A stretch of 60,845 bases of DNA. It comes from Octopus sinensis (Eukaryota). Made by a program: the position numbers and the translations under genes. Location of the stretch: NCBI RefSeq assembly GCF_006345805.1, contig NW_021834465.1:1-60845 (forward strand), in the 5' to 3' direction. Every line of letters begins with the position of its first letter. Position 1 is the stretch's first letter. Of the stretch, positions 51,703-60,845 are shown piece by piece. The notes under the pieces were generated by a model, which was not told the origin of the DNA, made no database searches, and worked only from the letters and a program-made list of their open reading frames with translations.

Positions 51703-52133
51703 ACTCTTACTCTTTTACTCTTTTACTTATTTCAGTCATTTGACTGTGGCCATGCTGGAACACCACCTTTTAGTCGAGCAAATCGACCCCAGGACTTATT
51801 CTTTGGAAGCCTAGTACTTATTCTATCGGTCTCTTTTGCCGAACCGCTAAGTTACGGGGGACATAAACACACCAGCATCGGTTGTCAAGTGATGTTGGGG
51901 GGGACAAAGACAGACACACAAATGTATACACACACATACATAGATCCATATATATATAAATACATATATACGACGGGCTTCTTTCAGTTTCCATCTACCA
52001 AATCCATTCACAAGGCTTTGGTCGGCCCGAAGCTATAGTAGAAAACACTTGCCTAGGGTGCCACGCAGTGGGACTGAACCCGGAACTATATGGTTGGTAA
52101 GTAAGCTACTTACCACATAGCCACTCCTGCGCC
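51703..52133 (-). mobile_element. SINE family A, full length
   Basis: Complete reverse-complement copy ending CCACTCCTGCGCC. Confidence 0.93.
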
Positions 52134-52181
52134 TCGATACACATACAAATATACTGTGACATTTTCCTAAATCACGCATAA

Positions 52182-52557
52182 GCGCAGGAGTGGCTGTGTG
52201 GTAAGTAGCTTGTTTACCAACCACATGGTTCCGGGTTCAGTCCCAATGCCTTGTGAGTGGATTTGGTAGACGGAAACTGAAAGAAGCCCGTCGTATATAT
52301 GTATATATATATATATGTATGTATGTGTATGTATATGTTTGTGTGTCTGTGTTTGTCCCCCTCAACATAGCTTGACAACCGATGCCGGTGTGTTTATGTC
52401 CCCGTACTTAGCGGTTCGGCAAAAGAGACCGATAGAATAAGTACTGGGCTTACAAAAGAATAAGTCCCGGGGTCGAGTTGCTCGACTAAAAGGCGGTGCT
52501 CCAGCATGGCCGCAGTCAAAAGACTGAAACAAGTAAAAGAGTAAAAGAATAAAAGAG
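52182..52557 (+). mobile_element. SINE family A with ~50-bp deletion of the CORE-like segment
   Basis: GGTTCAGTCCCA is joined directly to ATGCCTTGTGAGTGG; the tail is complete. Confidence 0.92.
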
Positions 52558-54319
52558 ATAGAAAGTAATATATGTCGGCACTTAAATAAACTCTAAGTCA
52601 ACTCTCTCTCTCTCCTCTCACTCTCTCATCTCACTCTCTCTCAATCCACTCTCTCTCTCTCTCCTCTCTCTCTCCTCTCTCTCATTTCCTCCCTCCGCCT
52701 CTCTCCCTCTGTATCTCACTCATACACGTGCGCTCACTCATTGTATGATCATTGTCTGTAGTTCAAAGCAATTTGGATAAGCTTCGATCTTGATACACGC
52801 ATACATACACAGGCAGATACAATCGTAACGGCAGCCCTAACTCAAACCCTAACATTTACAAACACAAAAGTTACGCAATTGATAGGCCCCAACAAGGTTG
52901 GATTCGTGATTCAGCAGTTAAAATACGGAAATCGATTTAATGCAAAGCTAAATATAATTTCATATTCAGAATTAATTAACAAGGAATTAATAAAATTTTT
53001 TCTTTTTCATTCTCGTTTCAATTAGTAAGATGATGAAGAATGGAAGCAATAAACATCTTCAGGTCTTTCGTGATGGAAGGGAAAGATGGAAGGAAGAATT
53101 TATTTCCTGATCCAATGTTAATAATAAAGTGTAATAAAGGTTACCGGCCTAAAATAAGTATTAACCAAACCCCTGATCGGTGTTACAAGCAGGCCCCTCA
53201 CTAACCGCGTTACATAATTCTCTATATACGTTAAATAATGTGATGAGAAATTTTTGCTATAGGAAAATGCGAGTTTAAAGAGAAAATATATTGCTTAAAA
53301 AAAATGTAATTAGTTATTAATAGTTATCGCCAAGCTAAGTTGGCAGTCCTGATAAATAGGACGAATGCTGCCGTTGATTAGCTCCAAGAGCTCATCGCCT
53401 CTAGCTAGCTATGTGACACACAAACCTGTGTCCATTACAACCTTCGAATAGGGGAGGTCAGCAGCTTCCCCTTGCCGGTCTGGCATCCACAGACTACTTT
53501 CGAGGTGTTTGCCTCTTATCAATGTGAAGTAGCCGAATCCAGTTGGCGTCGCTGCTGACCGAATGTTCGAAGGATTATTTACCTATAATAACAGTACCAC
53601 TGCCGTAGTCTCCTTTAGAGAGAATTAGAAATAATGGTATTTCTGTTTTTGAAAACCAGTGGATGTATTCCACTGAAATTAGGTCCCTGCCGTAAGGCTT
53701 CACTTCTACACAAGCCAGCTTAATCTAATTCGTCCTTAGTCGAAAGACACCTGTTGTTATGTTCTGTTAATTGCAAAGTTCCTGACGATGAATTTGTCAT
53801 ATTTACATACCGAAATTTACCGGTAAATAATTGTTGGTTATATGAAAAACCACAGAAAAATTATTTACCATTTTTATTGCATTACCATGTGGACCCTTTA
53901 TTCCATTACGATTACCCAGACGGCGCGCATGGCAGAATTTTGGAGGGAAAATTTACGTTCCCAGTCATTACTTAGTTTTAACATCTGCACACTTCCCCCC
54001 ACTATCTGATGTCGCTGGGTCAGAAGTGGGGGCCTGTGGCATTTGGTAAATCTATCGAATATAGTGCCGAAGAAGGAGATCAAACTATTTTCTGAGTTTG
54101 TGATCCAGAAACATGTTCGCTATTAACGGTAAGTGATTGTCTACGTCTATTTGCTACTCCGATTTTGTGTATGTGAACCGCAGGGTCCTTCGTTTTTGGA
54201 ATCTCCACTTACAGAAAATGGAAAAAACAGTCTTTGACTGCCATTTCTAATTCCTTCGGTATGCGGCGAAACAGCCTGTTGCTAGCCCTTTTTATTAGCT
54301 TTACCTTATATATATATAT

Positions 54320-54351
<32 letters not shown>

Positions 54352-54362
54352 ATATATATTCA

Positions 54363-54478
54363 TTTTTATTTTATTGGTTTCAGTCATTTAACTGCGGCCA
54401 TGCTGAAGCACCGCCTTTAGTCGAACAAATCGACCCCAGGACTTACTCTTGTAAGCCTGGTACTTATCCTATCGATGT
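54363..54478 (-). mobile_element. SINE family A tail fragment
   Basis: GTTTCAGTCATTTAACTGCGGCCATGCTGAAGCACCGCCTTTAGTCG. Confidence 0.85.
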
Positions 54479-54549
54479 CTATATATATATATATATTATA
54501 TATATATATTATATATATCTATATATATATATATATATATATAACAAAG

Positions 54550-54857
54550 TACAAAAATGGGACGAGAGCTCAAAACATCCAGATAGACGGTACAAGGAAA
54601 ACCAGGACGGGTTATTCGGAGTTTTTTTTCTTTTTTTGGTCTTTGTTTTCGTATACATTCGCTGCTTTCTTCCAGGGAATCTAATACTATTAGCTTATTT
54701 GGAGCGGGGGAGGCAGATTGGAGCAATCTCGAGTATAACCAGATGAAATTGCAAGGATAATCTGGAATTCGACTGAGGACAGAAAACTCCGAATGACCCG
54801 TCCTTGTTTTCCTTGTACCGTCTGTCTGGATGTTTTGCGTTCTTGTCCCATTTTGTA
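54550..54857. repeat. About 75-bp inverted repeat (P1 family arms) with ~157-bp spacer, flanked by (TA)n
   Basis: 54550-54625 is the reverse complement of 54783-54857 with few mismatches. Confidence 0.9.
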
Positions 54858-54860
54858 TTA

Positions 54861-54916
<56 letters not shown>

Positions 54917-55046
54917 GTGTGTGTGTTATAATAGAAATAGTATATCTATATATATCTATATATATATATTATATATATATATATGCATATATACATACGT
55001 ATATGTAAATACTTACATCTCTACGTACATACATATACATACATAC

Positions 55047-55101
<55 letters not shown>

Positions 55102-55912
55102 TAATATATATATATACATATATGCATATATACATACGTGTATGTAAATACTTATATATATGCTACATACATACATACATTTATATATATATAGTCGTAT
55201 AGTCGTATACATAGTCGTATACCCAGACAAACGGATACTTGGGCACAACCTTATACACACAGACACACACACACACGTATACACACACTCTCCCAGACAG
55301 ATGCTCGTCTTTCCGCCGCAAACCTATGAAATAGCATTCTTTGAGCTGCTGCCATCACTCGACTTTGACCTTCCATCTCTTCTTAATTCTTCAGAACTTT
55401 AGACGTCATCTTCTTGTCACCAAATTCCATCTACCGCTCCCGACACCATTCTTACGCTTCCACAGAATGTCTCTTCTATACTGAGCATGAACCGACCCAC
55501 ACATATACCCATACTTACATCTATAGTTTCTTTCCTTCCGTCTCTCCTTTCTTTCTTTCTTTCTTTCTTTCGTTTCTTTCTTGGTGTCTTTCTTTCTGTC
55601 TGTCTGTCTATCTTCTTTCTTTCTTTCTTTCTTTGTCTTTCTTACTTTCCTTTTTTCTTTTTCTAGTTTTTCCTTTGTTCTATGCATTACCTATCCTCTT
55701 CCTTCTTCTCCTCCTCTTGCTCCTCTGCCCCTCTTTCTTTTCTTTCTACCCACCATCACCGCCACCATCATCATCGTTAAGGTCTTCGTCATTATCGACA
55801 TCGTCAACGTCAACATCGTCGTCATCGTCATCATCATCATCATCATCAAACACGACATCGTCGTTATCATCGTGGTGGTGGTTGTTGTGGTGGTTCCCGT
55901 CATCACCTACAC

Positions 55913-55947
<35 letters not shown>

Positions 55948-56249
55948 CCTTCAAGAACCAACAACCCCCGTTCCCCACCACCATCAACGCTATTATCACA
56001 CCATTTGCAATAATCAAATATCTTTGCACACATCTTAAAAGATCAATAATATTGGAAAATTTCATAAATCACACATCTTAAAAAGATCAAAGATTAGATT
56101 GAAAAATGTCGTCATAAATACATACATACATATATATATATATATGTACAAAGATGGGACGGTCACGGATGGAATAGTTTTGATCATTTGTCTGCACGAT
56201 GTGGGGTGACTCGAGGGTAAGCATTAACGAAATCAAAAACTATTACCAC

Positions 56250-56810
56250 CATTAACACCACCGCCACTACCACCACCACCACCACTACCACCACAACCAC
56301 CACCACTACCACCACAACCACCACCACCACTACCACCACTACCACCACCACCACCACCACCACCACCACCACTACCACCACAACCACCACCACCACTACC
56401 ACCACCACCACCACCACCACCACCGCCACCACCACCACCACCACCACCACCACCGCAACCACCACCATTATCACTGCCACTAACACTACCGCTACCACTA
56501 CCACTACCACTACCACCAGCACCAATATCTGCACTACCACCAGCATCAACAGCACCGCTACAATATGCAGTAGCACAACCACCGCAACCACCACCACTAC
56601 GACAACCAGCACCAAGGCCACCATCACTACCACTACTGCCACTACCACCACCACCGCAACCACCACCACTACCAGAACTAGCACCAGGCCACCATCACTA
56701 CCACTACTGCCACTACCACCACCACCGCAACCACCACCACTACGACAACCAGCACCAAGGCCACCACCACTACCACTACTACCTCTACCACTTCCACCAT
56801 CGCTATCATC
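56250..56810. repeat. (ACC)n-based degenerate array with an internal ~85-bp duplication
   Basis: Direct inspection; CGCAACCACCACCACTACGACAACCAGCACCAAGGCCACC occurs twice (about 56582 and 56726). Confidence 0.9.
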
Positions 56811-57291
56811 ACCAATACAGGTATCACCCCACCGACATTCCCACTCCTTTCTCTTGTCCTTGATATCACTTACCCAAACAACCAGCCAGCTAACCAGCCA
56901 ACCAACCAACCACCCAACCAGCCAACCAACTCCACCCCCACTACTCCCACCACCTCTTAACTTTTTACCAGTTCCTGGCTCCATGTCGAGTTGCGTCTGG
57001 TCTTGACGACTGCTAAATCTGTCTAATCGGCTTGACCAACAAACTGTCTGAGTGGCCACCCACCCAAACCTCAACGCCGCCCTCTCCATCTGTTTTTAGA
57101 GATGCGGTCCAATTGTATCCCGCACGTCCCCCCCCCACTCCACAGCAACCCCTCTCTTACCTTAACAGAAAATATCTACGTTCCAGCTTCAGATATTTTC
57201 TTTGTATTTTTTTTATTCTTTTCTTTTATGTCTTGTTTTATTGACATTTTAGGAAACGGCAGGAAGAGCGCCGACCTGAATAGTTTATGGT

Positions 57292-57630
57292 AGGTAAAGC
57301 ACAGGATTAAAATTGTGAAGATGGTAGCTAGAGACCAGAGCTAAATACGTCACGTTAGGTAAAATGCCGGATTAACGATTGTCGAGACGATTGCTAGAAA
57401 ACAGGGCTAAACACATTGGGGTAAGTTAGAGCGCCGGATTAGAGATACTAAAGAAGGTAGCCACTGAACAAAGCTAGGTAAAGCGCCGGATTAGAGCTTG
57501 AAGAAATGAGACCTGGAGTAGAGGGTTCAACGGAGCACGGTAAGCAAAGTGCCGGATCAGAGATTGTAAAGGTTGTTGTTAGAGACCAAGACTGAAGACA
57601 TTACGGAAGGTAAAGTGCCGGATCAGAGGC
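57292..57630. repeat. Degenerate ~66-bp tandem array (6 units) with conserved ~20-bp core
   Basis: Core (A)GGTAAAG(C/T)GCCGGAT(T/C)AGAG, with the CCGGAT element at about 57302, 57367, 57434, 57486, 57552 and 57618. Confidence 0.8.
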
Positions 57631-57699
57631 AGCACAAATGGAAGAATGAACGTGCATATCTCGATGAGATCAACGGGGTTCGATTAATTGAGATCTTCA

Positions 57700-57822
57700 C
57701 TTGCAGACGCGTGGTTACCGGTTCGTTCCCACGGATGGAACCTTGACCAAGTGTCTTCTGCAGTAACTACGTGTCAACCAATGCAATCTGAGTGAAATTG
57801 GGAAACTGAATGAAAGCCCATT
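57700..57822 (+). mobile_element. Old, diverged SINE family A head
   Basis: CGGTTCGTTCCCAC...ACCTTGACCAAGTGTCTTCTGC...GGAAACTGAATGAAAGCCC. Confidence 0.65.
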
Positions 57823-58007
57823 AAATGAACTTTACCCGCACTTGGGGACTAGAATTAATCCGGTGATCACTTAGCATTCGGTTCTATTTAGCAGAATCCA
57901 TTCTGTAGGAAGCACGGCTTGCTGTGAAAATAATCCTTTTTCTTTCTCCTTACCAATGTCAGAACCACTGCAAAAACTCTTGGGCACTGTTCTTCCTTTT
58001 CAAATAG

Positions 58008-58062
58008 AGAAACAAAGAGACTGTGAGATCACTAGGTTCAACATCAAACTGAATACGTTAAG
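58008..58062 (+). other. Candidate 55-bp exon (strong acceptor and donor), gene unknown
   Basis: TGTTCTTCCTTTTCAAATAG| acceptor and AAG|GTAAGT donor; one frame is open. Confidence 0.25.
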
Positions 58063-58589
58063 GTAAGTATTCCACTTCATAAAATAACTATACTCCAAGC
58101 GGTTTCAGTGAAAGATACTCGCTGGCTCCTATACTCATTTAGTCCTCAACCTATTGTCACTAACCAACCAAAACTGGGTCTCGGCATGACACCTGAATAG
58201 GTCTCGAAGACAAAATCTTTCACTTTTAAGACGTTTAATAAAATGTCAAATGTCCATTAATATGCATTAAAATAAGTCATAGACAGACCCACAACACAAC
58301 ACATTTGCTGCAAACGTAATCAGAATATCAAATATTAAGTGAACACCGGTAGAATATATAGTTTTGGAAAATTGCGTTTATTTGAATCTTAAAAAAAAAG
58401 GGTTGGGGTTGTTTAGTTACAAGTAGATGAAACTAACTAAAACTGGAGTCCATCTGCCAAAGCTAACATGGAAACGATATGTTTTTCCCTTCTGTCCTTC
58501 ACTTCACGCCGGACCATCTTTGGAGTGGTTTCAGTACAAAATTATTTTTCTTTTCTTTCAGATGTGGTTGTTCTTCTCTCTGCTTCTAA

Positions 58590-58629
58590 ATAATAATAAT
58601 AATAATAATACTAATACTACTACTACTAC

Positions 58630-58674
<45 letters not shown>

Positions 58675-58739
58675 CGATGATGATGATGATGATGATGATG
58701 ATCATAATCATGATCATGATCATGATGATGATGATGATG

Positions 58740-58806
<67 letters not shown>

Positions 58807-58808
58807 GG
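58590..58808. repeat. (AAT)n/(GAT)n compound microsatellite
   Basis: Direct inspection. Confidence 0.95.
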
Positions 58809-59185
58809 ATCTTTTTTAAAAGATGGACAGAATTTTCTACTTAACTAAATAATTTGAAACTTCGTATACTGGTAGAATGTGTCAAAAGAAAACATTAATT
58901 TCAATTAGTTTTTTTGAGAAAAATGTATTTTGTAACTTTTACGTAGTTTAATTCTTCGAATTTTAACCAATCGTATTCTCTGTTTTGAGCTCAATTCATT
59001 CTGCCGTGTTATTCATTCTTATCACTGTCTTCTGTTTTCTGTCTTCAACGGCTTCTCGCATGTTTATTTCAATGTCATCCCTGACTTACGGAACGATTAC
59101 CTGTGTGTGTGCTTTTTGTTGTGTATGTGTGCGCGCGTGTGTGTTTGTTTTGTGTGTGTGTGTTATTGCTTATTATTATTATTAT

Positions 59186-59325
59186 CTTTACGTTCTGAGT
59201 TCATATTCCGTCGAGATCGATTTTGTCATTCTTCTTTTTGAGATCGATAAAATAAATACCAGTTGAGCTCTGGGGTCGATGAAACCAAAAGGTGTTGGCT
59301 TGTGCCAAAATCTGAAACCAATATA
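59186..59325 (+). mobile_element. SINE family B fragment (tail variant CTTGTGCCAAAATCTGAAAC)
   Basis: TACGTTCTGAGTTCATATTCC...GAGATCGATAAAATAAATACCAG...CTGGGGTCGAT. Confidence 0.75.
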
Positions 59326-59563
59326 AAGTGATAATGATGAAGGTAGGGGTGGTGGGAGTAATGATGAACCTACATGTTTTCACAGAATCTTGCAAGTATT
59401 AATGTCGGAACAGTTTCTGCGATTGAGGTACATACATGACTATGTTTGATCCATCTCCTCAGACTTTAAAACGTCGCCAAAATGGCATAGATGCTATGCT
59501 AAGTAGTCTCTGTCACCTGAAAAAAACCATGATATTTAGAATTTAGAATTTTATTTTTCCCAG

Positions 59564-59673
59564 TAATTTTGTTACACTTGTCCTCACAAGTCTCTCGGAT
59601 GTTTTCATGAGGGAAAAAATTAAATTATTCCTCTTTCTAAAAACTAGTATTACAAGACTATCGTGTTCGAATG
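59564..59673 (+). other. Candidate 110-bp exon, gene unknown
   Basis: TTTTATTTTTCCCAG| acceptor and ATG|GTGAGT donor; one frame is open. Confidence 0.25.
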
Positions 59674-60650
59674 GTGAGTAATGTCTAATTCCACTCATTG
59701 CTGCGATGATCTACGGGTTACTGAAAAATATAAAATAGCATGGTATTATTTTGTTGGTTACTGAAGACAGTATAATATTGGTTTCTGTGGAATCTGCTCA
59801 ATTTGATTGGAATCATTCAGAGAATATTGCTTTCATCCATCACCGGAGACAAAAAAAAGAATAAAACAATGTCTGTGTTTTACGGCGAATTAGTAGAATG
59901 CTTTTGGACTGTACTTAATCTCTGAACGGTTCCCTCTTACTCTGCGACCCTTTGATCGCTCATTGTAGCTTTCATGTTGTCCTGAAGATGAGAATATTTG
60001 ATTTTGTTGTTGACTGTGGCTGCTACTAGTTGCTGATGGGAATATTTAGTTGATTAACTTAAAAAGCAAATTAATCTTTCATCTTTCTAATTGAGAGAAT
60101 TCTTTTTTTTTTTTTATTTCGCTTTCCAATTCTCATAGGATTTTCTTTTTATTTTTGTCCACCAGTTCTGCTTGGGCGTGGTTTCCATTGTCTCTTCTGA
60201 TACTTCCTGCATCTGAGTTGTTATCAGCTGGTTAGTATTGTGGGTCCGTTCATATATAGAATGAAGGATGGAGGCCGGTCACATCATTAAAATTTAGTTA
60301 ACAGAATTAATTTTTTGCGACAAATTAGAATCACAGCAGAACGGACATAAGGTGGCCCTGGAGTTCACTTGAAGTTGATTCATTAACATTGTTTTGAAAC
60401 TACGCAGGTCCATAGCAGCAACTGGAAAATATATCCCTTGCATCTGCGATAAGAGGATTGTGCAGGAAGACGACGAACTCCCATTTTTATGCTTTCGTGT
60501 GAAATATGGTGTGAAATTTCTAACCTTCATTTCAGCATTGGCTTGTTTCGGTTAGGACAAAGAAAGTAATGTGGTATGTCTGTACAGAAATCCAGCTTCT
60601 TGTTTTTGTGCATTGTGCATTGTGGGATAAGTCGATGCTTTGTTATAATA

Positions 60651-60845
60651 AGGTAAAGTAAAGTTTCCTTCTGGTGTCATACCGGCCAGTTTCCCGGTCT
60701 ATATATTCTCCACACGAATTGGACGCTGGTCCATTGCTAGATTACTCCTTTTTGCCAACTAGGTGGACTGGAGCAACATGAAATTGAAGTGTTTCGCTCA
60801 AGAACACGTCTATCAGTCTAGGAATCGAAACACAAATTTTACAAT
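60651..60845 (-). mobile_element. tRNA-derived SINE family D (head cut by window end)
   Basis: The minus strand shows B-box-like GTTTCGATTCC, then GTTCTTGAGCGAAACACTT...GTTGCTCCAGTCCACC, and a (CTTTA)n-like tail. Confidence 0.6.

Noticed and set aside
52838-52856. Interstitial telomeric repeat (CCCTAA)
   Set aside because: Only two imperfect units.
54770-54805. Hammerhead in P1 repeat (CTGAGGA..CGAAT)
   Set aside because: GAAA is replaced by GAAT and stems II/III are not convincing; the same holds at about 48945-48975.
56184-57089. 301-aa Val/Gly-rich ORF, or a mucin-like Thr-rich exon on the plus strand
   Set aside because: Derived from (ACC)n; no convincing splice context or non-repetitive domain.
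57292-57630. CRISPR array
   Set aside because: Eukaryotic context, no cas genes, degenerate repeats and mutually homologous spacers.
60294-60530. 78-aa minus-strand ORF as a real gene
   Set aside because: No recognisable motif or splice support, and the length is within chance expectation.

Overview
AT-rich eukaryotic non-coding DNA, most likely an Octopus (coleoid cephalopod) intron or intergenic region. The organism call is an inference from repeat families I recall and from the extreme microsatellite load. I found no convincing host protein-coding gene; almost all ORF-track entries are microsatellite translations. The window is built from microsatellites plus retroelement debris. This includes R4/Dong-clade RLE LINEs in two subfamilies (one next to (TAA)n, one always embedded in (CATA)n), Tx1/L1-like, RTE and CR1-like LINE fragments, about 18 copies of a composite tRNA-derived SINE (family A), three further tRNA-SINE families, non-autonomous Helitrons and Penelope-like repeat remnants. 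Highlights: (1) an apparently (CATA)n-targeting R4-clade LINE with recurrent, possibly microhomology-guided 5' junctions; (2) several hammerhead-ribozyme-like motifs, the best at 46356-46444 with a branched stem II; (3) a TSD-bounded RTE insertion with an exact twin-priming-type 5' inversion and a nested TSD-bounded SINE; (4) that SINE's 3' tail matches the 3' end of the Tx1-like LINE; (5) long inverted SINE pairs that could form ADAR substrates; (6) a CRISPR-looking but homologous-spacer 66-bp array. All alignments, translations and folds were done by eye. Some indels may be long-read assembly errors.
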